A stretch of 64,000 nucleotides of DNA, from contig NC_043011.1 of NCBI RefSeq assembly GCF_006345805.1, positions 12,908,464 to 12,972,463 on the forward strand. The letters are read 5' to 3'. Source of the stretch: Octopus sinensis (lineage: Eukaryota). How positions within the stretch are numbered: position 1 is the stretch's first letter; the number at the start of each line of letters is the position of its first letter. The translations under genes and the position numbers were made by a program. The notes under the pieces were generated by a model, which was not told where the DNA came from, ran no database searches, and worked only from the letters and a program-made list of their open reading frames with translations. Shown piece after piece: positions 52,260 through 64,000 of this stretch.

Positions 52260-52894
52260 TAACAAAGATGTACAAGTGTCAATTCATTACGGCCGTTTCA
52301 AGCGACTCCTTTAACTGATTAATGAAAACATTACGTCATTTGAAAGAAACCGTTCTCGTCAGATGACCGCACAGATTTCAAACATGGAGGATACAACCAT
52401 TTCCTTAATATATTCACATCGATAATGGCACTGACATATCTGGGACAGAATTGGTTTAAAAAATAATGCATATCTTGTTAAGTCTGCTATAATTTGGAGA
52501 ATAGCAGATGGAAAAGAATGGTAACCTAGTGACTTACATTTAGAAGACTTTATGTAGAATGTAGTCTTCAGCCATTTAGAATCAAATCCATCGGGAGTTG
52601 TCAACTGTATTCTAGCTAATGGTGATAAATCAATTAACGACAAACAATCTACTTGACTTTCAATGTAATGGAGCCACATAAAGAAGTGCGTAGGGTTGGT
52701 ACCAAGGGAATGCCTAATGGGAAAGGGGTGATAATTGGAAGAAATAAGGATAGGGATAACTAATACTTATTTTGATTATCATATTAACGGGGAATATAAT
52801 GAAAAACCGAAAGGATAAATAATATAAACTATCTCTTCTTTTCCATAATAATTCCTTATTTCGAAGTTGAATATCTACTTAACCATCTCACATC

Positions 52895-52943
52895 GTCTTT
52901 GATGAAGGGATATCCACAATATTCCAGAAAAAAACTGTAAGAC
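52895..52943 (+). ncRNA. Degenerate type I HHR motif (C3U)
   Basis: gtct TTGATGA a gggatat-ccaca-atattcc a GAAA aaaactg TA agac; stem III is disrupted. Confidence 0.35.
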
Positions 52944-53094
52944 TATATCTATATCTTTTTCCTTATAATGTTCTGAAAATTCCTCGTAGCCTTGGCTTTG
53001 CTATCTCATTTTGTCTAAAATATATATATACATATATATATATATATATTATATATATATATATATATATACACACACATATATATGTGTGTAA

Positions 53095-53159
<65 letters not shown>

Positions 53160-53321
53160 CTTGCTGGAGGATACTGGTATGGAAGGGGTACAGGAGGTGA
53201 GGACCATTATGGAAGATCGAGATGGATGGAAAAACATGTGGAAACAGACTTGGGGCTTCTTAAGGGGCGATCTAGATGAGATAGATGATATGTGTATATA
53301 TATACACACACATATACATAA

Positions 53322-53484
53322 GCACAGGAGTGGCTGTGTAGTAAGACGCTTACTTCCCAACCACATAGTTCCGGGTTCAGTCCCACTACATGGCATCATG
53401 GGCAGGTACCTTCTACTATAGCCTCGGGCCGACGAAAGCCTTGTGAGTGGATTTGGTAGACAGAAACTGAAAGAAGCCCGTCGT
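53322..53484 (+). mobile_element. SINE family B 5' half followed by expanded (TATG)n
   Basis: Match to 18302-18465; (TATG/TGTG)n continues to ~53875. Confidence 0.8.
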
Positions 53485-53505
53485 GTATGTATGTATGTAT
53501 GTATG

Positions 53506-53537
<32 letters not shown>

Positions 53538-53873
53538 TGTGTGTATGTATGTATGTATGTGTGTATGTATGTATGTATGTATGTATGTGTGTGTGTGTAT
53601 GTATGTATGTGTGTATGTATGTATGTATGTATGTATGTATGTATGTGTGTATGTGTGTATGTATGTATGTATGTACGTATTATGTATGTATGTATGTGTT
53701 TATGTGTGTATGTATGTATGTATGTAAGTATGTATGTATGTATGTATGTGTGTATGTATGTATGTGTGTATGTATGTATGTATGTATGTATGTATGTATG
53801 TATGTATGTGTGTATGTGTGTATGTATGTATGTACGTATGTATGTATGTATGTTTGTATGTATGTATGTGTGT

Positions 53874-53990
53874 GTGGCCGTCCTTTTGGGCAATTACCGC
53901 CTCCACACTAGAACGAAATTTTTTTAAGCTGCCGCAACCTCCCGCCTTTTTGATTATGCGTGTCGTACCCACAATACAAGTCTTCAAACT
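53874..53990 (-). pseudogene. Tc1/mariner transposase C-terminal fragment
   Basis: LKKFRSSVEAVIAQKDGH resembles the Tc1-family terminus (FR.R.EAVI...GGH). Confidence 0.45.
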
Positions 53991-54019
53991 GTTGACACTC
54001 GAATGTGGTAAATCATTGG

Positions 54020-54140
54020 TAGCGTAGGCTCGAAACGTTAAAGACTTGTTTTATTTATATTTCCTGAGCGCCATACTAATACAATTGTTCGTTTGTTTTC
54101 CACCTGCCTTCGTCTTTTGTTTATTTTCATAAGCTTCCCG
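54020..54140 (+). mobile_element. 5'-truncated family K element
   Basis: agcgtaggctcgaaacgttaaagac...cctgagcg...cacctgccttcgtcttttg; lacks the 5' HHR core. Confidence 0.7.
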
Positions 54141-54184
<44 letters not shown>

Positions 54185-54318
54185 ATAAATATAATATAAT
54201 ATAATATAATATAATATATATATATATGCACCCATACATACATACAGATGTATACTTATAAATACATATACGTACGTATACACACACATTTGTACGCATG
54301 TATATATATGTATATATA

Positions 54319-54356
<38 letters not shown>

Positions 54357-54569
54357 TATATATATAATATAATATATATTATATATATATATATATGCAC
54401 ACATACATACGTTTGTGTATATACATACAGATGTATACTTATAAATGCATATACATATGTATACACACACATGTGTATGTATGTTTGTGTGTATTTATAT
54501 GTATGTAAATATATATATATATGTATATACACATGTATATATATATGTATATGTATATATATATTTATG

Positions 54570-54610
<41 letters not shown>

Positions 54611-57056
54611 TATATACGTATATATATGTATGTATGCATGCATGCATGTATGTATGATGTATGTATGTATGTATGTATGTATACAGAAAGACGTGCGCGC
54701 TTTTCTAAGTTCAATTCCCCTGAAGGTCAGCTTTGTCTTTGATCCTTTTGGGTTGATAAATTAAAGTAGCAGCCCAATGTCGTTCCAGTCCTATCTTCAT
54801 GCAGCCATTATATCAAAGATCAAATCTGCATATATAGTAAAAGAAACAAAATGTCAACATGTTAAAATGAATGAAATAAAAGCATTCACATTCTTCTTGG
54901 ACTTTTCATTTTTGTTTCTTTGTTGTTTTTACTTCTGTTATATGTTTAATGGTGATTTTGCAATTTTCTAAAAGCATCATTTTATTAAATCAATAGCTTT
55001 GATACTAAATTTCAGTTTGTTAAAATACAGTAACATTTATGTTAGACCAGCCATAGTAACAGTGCACTAAGAAGGCATAGTTTTGAATTACTAAACATCA
55101 TGCCGTGCTATTAATGGAAGAAATGACACGAGAATTTCTACAAAAAAAACTGTGTATAAAGGACTATTGTAAATAAGCTTAGATTGGGCAGAAGATTTTT
55201 AATGGATGCAAGACACGAAAGACCTACGAATGATTTTAGTTGAAACGCTCTGAAGCACAATTTCGAATTGTAGTTTGCAATGTCGAGAAGAATTTGGGAC
55301 ATCCATATCAAATGTCACTTTTCCTTGTCACTTGGTTGAAATTTGACGAGCCAATGACTTTGCAAGGAACTTTCTGTGATTTCTGAAGTTAGAAAAAATA
55401 TCTTAGCAAGCCATATGCTTGAGACATTAGCTTTGCAACTGCATGATTTTGTGTACAGAAACCACGGGTATCTTGAGTAAATTTCTACGATAACTTCTGG
55501 TCCACCAATGCTTTGAAAATTAAGTTTGGTAGATGGAAACTATACGGAAACACGTCATATACGCTTGTATATGATTGTATGATTGTATGATTGTATGTGA
55601 GTGTGTTGTATGTGTGTGCGTGTGTCGTGCCGTATGTATGTTTAGACCGATCAACGGCCGTGGTACCGTAACATTGCGTTTCAACGTATAGAGTAAGGTA
55701 AAGGCGTCGATATGATCTAATGAACCTTTGAAGGTGGTGCTGCAGCAAAGCTGTGTCCAGTGAATGAAACCAATAAAAGAACATAGGTGTAGGCACGAAA
55801 ATACAAGAACGTTCAGTAGAGGCAGCAAGTCATTTTGTCAAATGACTTTCGAGTTCTTAATAGTATCTGTGTAATGCTTCAGCTGACATCACAACCGGCC
55901 TACTAAGACAAGATCACTAGTACATTCTTGGGAGTATTGTAAAGGATTTATTACGTACCACTTCATAGTGAACGTATTAGTGATATCAATTTAACCTATA
56001 TGTTTGTTTGTTTTTTGTACGATAGGCACAGATAAATCGGATCTTTTCGGTTTGAACGGCAGTTTTTAGCATAATTTCTAGGTCGATTTGTTTCTGAAAA
56101 TTATAGGCAAAAACGTTAGAGTTTCGTAATATTTTTTTAGTTGAGATTTTTAAAGAGTGATGCTTTGCTAAGTGAGGTTCTACATAACCTTCCTAGTCGC
56201 TGGATCTCAATTCAGTTTTAAAAAATATGGTTATCTGAGAAACAACAACAATGGCAATACTGAAAACTATAATCCATTCGCTGGATTCGGGGGGAAATTC
56301 TTAAAAACTTGTTTCTCGTCGTAATTGATTCTAACAAACTTCATTGACAACGAGAAATAGAAAACAAAAGACAACGGACTAATAACTAACTCTTCCTGAA
56401 GTTCTGTTTTTGATGACATGAACACGTACACTACACGTGTGGATTCGTTTTAATCCGTGCAAATGACTACGCACCGGAGCCGATCCTCGCGCATATATTG
56501 CACACATTTGTTCCTTTGTAGAAACATGAAAATGATTATAAAGTATTACAGGCATAGGAAAATATCAGCGTGTATGTGCGTGTGCGTGTGTGTGTACAAG
56601 TGCAAACATTATCTTAATCTGAATTCAGCAGTTTCTTAGCCAGTCTATCCTGAACATGTAACATTTACCTGAACATTCGTCAAAAGGTGTGCCATAGCCC
56701 TAGATATCAGAAAAATTGTTTGTGATCCAGCACAACTAATTTTTATATTATTAGATCACTTTGCTCGCATTGGACTACATCTCTTCTCTAACGAAATTCC
56801 AATGTACTTTCGTTAGATTTTAGGCAATATCTATATTCGAATTTACACTTAGAACGCAAAGTAGTGTATACCAGCCTCTTTTTTTCTTAAAACTTCACTC
56901 ATTGGGAACGCTCCCTAATACCTTGTTTCAAAAATTGATATTCGCTTTCTACCACATAAAGCACATATATTTCATCTGTGTTAAGTAATTTTATTTTGCC
57001 TGAGGCATATCTTAGCATACTATCTAGACACTTAGCTGATTGAAATTACGAAGTTA

Positions 57057-57139
57057 TATGGCGTAGTGGTTAAGAGCGTGGGCTACTAACCCCAAGATTC
57101 CGAGTTCCATTCCAGGCAGTGACCTGAATAATAATAATA

Positions 57140-57186
<47 letters not shown>

Positions 57187-57378
57187 GCAACGACAACAAC
57201 AACATCAACGAAAAATACCTTAGGAATGAGAACCCAGGTTCGAAATTTCCCCAAGACACCTGATGAAGGCTGGAGGGTATATCAGCCGAAACGTTGTTAA
57301 CATCAAACAAGATGAGGACAAATATCCGTCAAATGTAAATAATGTACATAATTCCTCATCTCTTAAATATAGAACTGT
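57057..57378 (+). mobile_element. tRNA-headed SINE-like element with (AAT)n spacer and HHR-containing tail
   Basis: A box TGGCGTAGTGG (57059-57069), anticodon-like arm ggg-ctactaa-ccc, B-box-like gagttccattcc (57102-57113), (AAT)n, then an HHR motif at 57255-57296. Confidence 0.6.
57255..57296 (+). ncRNA. Type I HHR motif with weakened stem I
   Basis: gacac CTGATGA a ggctg-gagggtatat-cagcc GAAA cg TT gt; canonical core, 5-bp stem II, ACGT stem III, only 2 bp of stem I in this copy. Confidence 0.55.
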
Positions 57379-58256
57379 ATTATATAAAATAGTATTCGTT
57401 CCTTTGTAAGGAATGGTCCCTATGTTAACAACTAGCTTGGCAGACATTATGCTTATCTATGAACTCTTCATTTCATTTCATTATTTGGTAACCTTCTTTA
57501 ATAAAGGAGCTTGTCTCTAAGAAAACAAGATTGCCTTAAAGTAACAATTTTTCTGAATCAACAACGTACAGAACTCTAGAAAACTTCTTGTATTTCTGTT
57601 TCTTGCAAACGTGATTTTCAGAATTAGCCACTGCCTGTTTACAATCAACATTTTGCTGTTTGTACATTCAGTGTTATAAGCAAGCTTGTAGTTAATGGTA
57701 CAAACGTGAACCCAGACGTAGAATGTGTAAGCTGAAGATTCTGAGTCAACTGTCCAGAAGTGTAATCTTTTTTGCCGACTTCGGATAAAATGAGCGCATT
57801 GTAAGTCAGCTGACTACCACAAGTACTTTTGGCTCATTTGTATTTTATTTCATAGAAGTTTTGATTGACATATTCGCCTCATGTAGTTTTGTTTTGAAAG
57901 GTGTTGCATGTATATTCCTGTTGGTTCAATTGTTCACACTATATACCCGGGCAGTGTTTCTTACAAATAACATTCTGTATTATTTACATAATAACATCAT
58001 ATCTCATAGGAAGGTAATAATCTCGATGACATTTTAGAACAATTGCTAATTATGTGTTATCAACGGAACATGGTACAGTCGACGTTTTCTGTCACTTAAA
58101 AGCATAGAAATTTACAAACTTTTTTTATTCACATTATATCATTCTTGTATTTAGTTCTGATACGAAAACATATGCTTTAAAATGAAACATTATCCGAGAG
58201 CATATTCTCTTTCTGTCCCTCTTTCTATCTCTTTCTCTCTCTCCTTCTTTCCATCT

Positions 58257-58301
<45 letters not shown>

Positions 58302-60289
58302 TTCTCTTTCTTTCTCTCTTTCTCTCTCTCTCTCTCGACGCTGGCATTTCTTTCATTTTCCGAATATACAGAGGACCACCTTATGCCTAACTTCCTTTGG
58401 TATATTTCCCCAATGCCTCCGATAGTACAACGTAGTCGTTCGATTTGGTAGAAATAGCAACTAAATCACACTCAAGACATACTCATTGGGACAATTCAAA
58501 TGATGTCACTTATTTCTGAAGACATTTTATGAATTTGAACCTGTTAAATTATGTGCTACCTGATTGGAATCGTACATCCAATGGTTAAACTATTTAAGCC
58601 TCTGCCACTTACTCATTGCTGAGACACAAATAGCTTTCAAATTATGATTATGAATGGCGCGAATATCCAGTCAACAAGTCAAAATGTTGTAACCTATCTT
58701 GTTACTGAACAGGTATTGTAAGACATTTGCACGAAAAAAGTTGCTTGTTGTTTTATTAACTCTATTTTAATATACTTCGGTTAATTTTTCAAGTGCCAAT
58801 TTTTAAATAATACCAAGATGATTGACACAGGAGAGAAACAGAGAGGGTAACATGAGTTTTTTCTAGTCAGGAAGATAAGTTTTTTCACACACCACCATTA
58901 TACTATAAAGTCAAACTGTTTCATAACTCTGAGCATCAACAAAAAAAAAGTTTAGGTTCCTTGTGATATTTCTTATGCTCCGGATCTAGCTACTATGTTT
59001 TAAAACAAATTTCGCAAAATTTTGTGCCAAGATAAACAGAAACACACAGAACCTATCTCTTTGCGCCATTCCAATGTTTATGAAAATAGGTACATGTAGT
59101 AGGTAGGTATATACCATTTTCTCGTTAAGCTACCTACCCAGCAGCGAAGAAAAATACGCTAAATTCTTTTTCTTGTTTTACTTTTCACTTCTGTTAATTT
59201 CTGTTCAGTTTTATGGTTTACCATAAACAGATTCATATCTGTTATGTTCCACCTATAACAATCTAAATAATCTAATTTCTGCAAATAACATTGGTCTTAA
59301 CGTTGCTTTTCTTGTTTATTCCTTATTTTCCCAGTTGCATCTCATCCCTGATATTAGTGTTCTAATTATTTTGTAGCCATAGTTTTACTATTTCATATTC
59401 TTCTAGCTTCTGTATATTTTTATTTTAACTTCCGTATTCTTTACTTTGACACGACAAATACCTTTATTCTTCGTTTTCTTCTTTTGGTGGGGTGGGGGTT
59501 TTCTCTCGCGAAGTGATTAGTAAACGGCTTGGAATATTTGAGAGTATTAAGAACGCCTGCGAGGAATGTGCTAAACATTGAGTTTGAAATAGGTCTAATT
59601 CACAATTTATATTGTAATAATCGTTCAAATTCCTCTCTTCATGACTTCTTCTTTATTACAACATTCGACAATAGCTATTTTTTTTTGTATTCCTAATGAA
59701 ATAAAACTTATTCCGTTTACATTTTCTGATGAATCTTCGGAATTTATTCTCACAATAGAATTCATTTCTAGAACATAAACCACAAAAGCCATTCTCCTCA
59801 TTGTTATTTATGAGCTTAACATTCATCCATGTGTTTACCATCGACATAACACCATCGACATATTTATAAGTAGACATCATATGCTAGACTCAGTTTTGTA
59901 ATTTTATTAGAATTTTTGATCACGTATTGAACGTTTCTGAGGCAATATCCTTTCTGATCACGAACTATTTATCAGACAAAGACGGTTGCTCTCTGTCCCA
60001 CGTACTGTTAACATATAACAAATACAATATAACATCCAGCGTGTTTAATCTCATCCGTTAAACAGGTTAAACAAATACATTTAACTACTATAACCTTGCT
60101 ACTAATATGGGAACTATCTATTGTTTGGTCACATTTTAAAATTATATCCATGAGATCTTCGTCTTATCCCAGATCATATTATATTCCAGTAACAAATTAT
60201 GAAACAACCATTTCTACTGCTGCTCTTCGTTTCCATGTCGGTGTTTATTATTTTACCTCAAAGATTCATATTGAAATCTTTTAAAATTA

Positions 60290-60610
60290 ACCCTAGTATC
60301 GATCTATTGATTTCAATTTGTTTTAGGGTTAGGGTTAGTTAGGGTTAGTTAGTGTTAGGGGTGGGGGAAGGGTATCTTTTTTTCTTCACAAATGTAAATA
60401 AACCCAATCTGTTTCTTAAATGAGGGACATATTCATACGGCACAGAATGTCTTTTTACCTCAATAGACGTCATTGATTGGTTGATATTGCAGAAATTGAA
60501 GCAAAAAAACAACAAATATCTTACAAACTATAGAATTTTCTCAATAAAGCCAAGAGAAAAAAATGTTTTATAAACACATTCTACCAGTATACGAAGTTTA
60601 AAATTTTTTT
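60290..60610. mobile_element. Merlin-like MITE family F internal fragment
   Basis: Match to 23810-24110 without TIRs. Confidence 0.75.
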
Positions 60611-61678
60611 AATAGTTTATCTGCGTATTAATATATTCTAGATTGTTGTTCACTTTACATCGATTTCAACTAATTTTTTTCCTTCTGTTCTAGAGAATAA
60701 CACACCAGTTTACAATTTATTTTGTAGTACAGCGATTGTCTCAACCAGTTTTTAACAATTTTCCTACAACGGATCGAATTAATTTCTTTCCCCTTTCATA
60801 GAATGAAAAAACATCAACATTAAGAACAACATTCTGTTGAAATTATGGCGGTGCCCCAGCATGGCCACAGCTCGTGAGCTGAAACTAGAATCAATCAATC
60901 AATCATAACAATTGGCAAGATTTGTTATACTTTTACCATACTGACAGTATTTTATACTTCAAATATTACCTTAACTTGTTTCACTCAAAATCAAGCTCGT
61001 TAAGTATATTTATTGAATTTAGGGAAAGGACTTGCGGGCTAATCATTGCCAGAAAAGTCTCCACTTCATGTAAAAGAGCTGCAAATATTTTCAAGTAAAC
61101 TAGACAGAAAAAGTATCCCTCTTTATAAAAAAGAAATCTGAAGCAATCTGAGATGCATCTGTCTGTCCCGGGTGGATTCCTTACAAAACATATTCAACCA
61201 ACTCACTGTAGCCTGAAATAAAGCTCTTAGGTTCACTGTAGTAGAAGGGGAAAACAACACAGGAGATAGTTTGCTGTAGAAAACGGTTTTCTACAAAATG
61301 CACGCAAGCCTCGGCCACTCACAACAATACAATCTATGCAGGATGAAAGTCACCGTTATACAATGCTCTCATGCCTACACTCGGAGCAGAAACTCTTTTG
61401 CATTCAAAATATCACAATTCGAAACAAACTTCCAAAGAATCTTACAAGAGACACCCCGGCCAAAGAGATGCAGGTTTTCAAAAGCTGAGAGTACAAACAC
61501 TCCCTATCACTCACGCTATGTGAAATCCACTGAAGCAGTAAATGCCTTATTGCAAAGCTATAACCAATGTCGTTATTGTTTATAAATATATTTCATAAAC
61601 AAAATAAATAGATAAATAAATAAACAACATATGCCGAATAAATGTCATATTTATATGTGCACTAACCTAGGTACCTGG

Positions 61679-61894
61679 AAGGCGGCGAGCTGACAGAAAC
61701 GTTAGCACGTCGGGCGAAATGCGTAGCCGTATTTCGTCTGGCATTACGTTGAGTTCAAATTCCGCCGAGGTCGACTTTGCCTTTCATTCTTTCGGGGTCG
61801 ATAAATTAAGTACCAGTTACGCACTGGGGTCGATGTAATCGACTTAATCCGTTTGTCTGTCCTTGTTTGTCCCCTTGTGGATAGTAAAGAAATA
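61679..61894 (+). mobile_element. SINE family A with 18-bp TSD
   Basis: actaacctaggtacctgg at 61661-61678 and 61895-61912. Confidence 0.9.
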
Positions 61895-62010
61895 ACTAAC
61901 CTAGGTACCTGGCGACAGCCGGCTGTTTCATCGAAAGGACACTAAAGAGTGTTATATCGTCAATGATGATATATGATGTGTGTGTGTGTGTTTTCAGCCA
62001 TGCTTTTATC

Positions 62011-62241
62011 TTGTTTGTTCCTTCTCGAGCCATGCCTGGCTCATAAGGGCCGGTTTCCCGGTTTCTTGGCGTATTGGTTCCCCACCTGGACGGGACGCCA
62101 GTCCGTCGCAGGTGAGCTGCAAGATGCAGGAGGAAAGAGTGGGAGAAAGTTGTGGCGAAATAGTCACCCGGTATGAGATTCGAACCCGCGATCTTTCGAC
62201 CGCGAGCCCGCTGCTCTAACCACTAGACCATGTGCCTCCAC
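62011..62241 (-). mobile_element. SINE family C (tail variant 3, internal deletion)
   Basis: tRNA-like head at 62167-62241 on the minus strand; tail shared with 62655-62886. Confidence 0.75.
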
Positions 62242-62654
62242 AATGCAATTATCTGATCAGCTCGGGCCTCTCTAGAAATTACAAGCAGGGTTCGTCCGAA
62301 ATCAACAACATTCGTTATACATGTCTCGACTATCAGGTCCTGCATTGTGACTCATTGTGACTCGTTCGTGACTCATTTTTGCTTCATTCTAATTCATCGC
62401 ATTATATCTTTGCGTTTGAATGTGTTCTCGATGTTCCATGGTGGTTATTCATGCTGTGTTGTCTAGCTGTATCTTAACCAAGAAGTGTGCAGACACATTG
62501 CTGCAGCAAGGGCAATATGCTACTTTTAGCGAAATTGAGAAAGCATGGAGTCAATAAGGAATGTCTTGCCCGTGCTACTAGAAGTATCAAAGAAAAAAAG
62601 TTTCTTTTTTAGTCATTTTTATTTTTTCCATGATGTTATAACTTTGCCTCTATG

Positions 62655-62886
62655 TTGTTTGTTCCTTCTCGAGCCACGCCTGGCTTATAAGGGCCGGTTT
62701 CTCGGTTTCCTTGGCGTATAGGATCCCCACCTGGACGGGACGCCGGTCCGTCGCAGGTGACCTGCATGATGCAGGAGGAAAAAGTGAGAGAAAGTTGTAG
62801 CGAAAGAGTCAGCAGAAGTTCGCCATTACCTTCTGCCGGAGCCGAGTGGAGCTTAGGTGTTTTCGCTCATGAACACACACATCGCC
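62655..62886 (-). mobile_element. SINE family C (tail variant 3, head missing)
   Basis: Same tail as 62011; body matches the reverse of 15225-15330. Confidence 0.75.
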
Positions 62887-62925
62887 AAACGATATCCAAC
62901 ACATATCCAAACGATGTTGTTTGTC

Positions 62926-63355
62926 GGATCTTTTCTGTTTGAACGGCAGTTTTTAACATAATTTCTAGGTAACTAAAAAATGTTAAACTTCGTATACTCG
63001 TAGAATGTGTTTATAAAACATCTTTTTCTCTTGGCTTTATTGAGAAAATTCTATCGTTTGTAAGATATATGTTGTTTTTTTTTTCTTCAATTTCTGCAAT
63101 TTCAACCAATCAATGACGTCTATTGAGTTAAAAAGTATTCTGTACCGTATGAATATGTCTCTCGTTTAAGAAACAGATGAGGTTTATTTACATTTGTGAA
63201 GAAAAAAAGATACCCGTTCCTCACCCCTAACCCTGACCCTTACCCTAACCCTAAAAGAGATTGAAATGCAATAGATCGATTCTAGGGTCATCATTATGGG
63301 TGACAATTTCATATGACACCGCTAGAAAAAAATGCCGTTCAAACCGAAAAGATCC
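62926..63355. mobile_element. Merlin-like MITE family F (full)
   Basis: TIRs plus perfect TSD tgtttgtc (62918-62925 / 63356-63363). Confidence 0.85.
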
Positions 63356-63698
63356 TGTTTGTCTTCTCTTACTTGATGCATACGTATCACAGTCGTTTGT
63401 GTCCTGTTATCAGCTACACGGGCCTGTGAAGTTCTTCACCTTCTTCTGATCCCAGCAAAGGATGAGATAAAGTCGATCTCGGCGGAATTTGAACTCAGGA
63501 CGTAAAAACGGACAAAAATATTGCTAAGCATTTTCCCCGGCGTACAAACGATTCTGCCAGCTCGCCGCCTTGAATTCAGGTAATATTTACAGGTTTGGAT
63601 TTTTTTTTTACCTGTACGTGGGATTATGAATAACACTCGAAGCCTCGGCCAAAACTAAGATCCATTATGAAGATCATTCAAAGAGTTAGTAATTACAA

Positions 63699-64000
63699 CT
63701 CTTTTACTATGTTACTTGTTTCAGTCATTTGACTGCGGCCATGCTGGAGCATGGCCTTTAGTCGAGCAAGTCGACCCCAGGACTTATTCTTTGTAAGCCT
63801 AGTACTTATTCTATCGGTCTCTTTCGCCGAATCGCTAAGTTACGAGGATGTAAACACACCATCATCGGTTGTCAAACGATGTTGGGGGGACAAACACAGA
63901 CACACAAACATATGCACACACATACATATACATATATACAACGGGCTTCTTTCAGTTTCCGTCTACCAAATCCACTCACAAGGCTTTGGTCGGCCCGAGG
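63699..64000 (-). mobile_element. SINE family B running off the window end
   Basis: Reverse match to 18410-18731. Confidence 0.85.

Noticed and set aside
52330-52372. Minus-strand CTGACGA with a short stem
   Set aside because: No GAAA after stem II; likely chance.
59940-60130. Possible GIY-YIG remnant (CYIVFVIC*QYVGQ) on the minus strand
   Set aside because: Only one short motif; not enough to annotate.
61000-61580. Possible L2/CR1 C-terminal remnant (NSFAFK...NKLPKNL...FK)
   Set aside because: Weak, frameshifted similarity only.

Overview
AT-rich, repeat-saturated animal genomic DNA with no host protein-coding exon that I can support. The SINE families, microsatellite load and transposon mix suggest an octopus (cephalopod) intron or intergenic region; this is inference, not a database result. 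Recognisable content: (i) remnants of hAT, Tc1/mariner, CR1, RTE, RLE-type (R4/Dong-like), Tx1/L1 and Penelope elements; (ii) three tRNA-headed SINE families; (iii) two non-autonomous Helitron families; (iv) two Merlin-like MITE families with 8-bp TSDs; (v) many microsatellites and a 1.86-kb polypurine tract. The main result is a set of type I hammerhead ribozyme (HHR) motifs in non-coding, microsatellite-embedded elements. A ~478-480-bp monomer carrying a canonical-core HHR is present as 3.3 tandem copies plus a 534-bp fold-back copy, and the whole block (4664-6791) is flanked by an 11-bp direct repeat. This looks like a retrozyme or Penelope-derived circular-RNA retroelement. At least four other HHR-bearing short element types occur, with co-varying stems, including one with a tRNA-like Pol III head. 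All ribozyme calls are hand-folded and untested.
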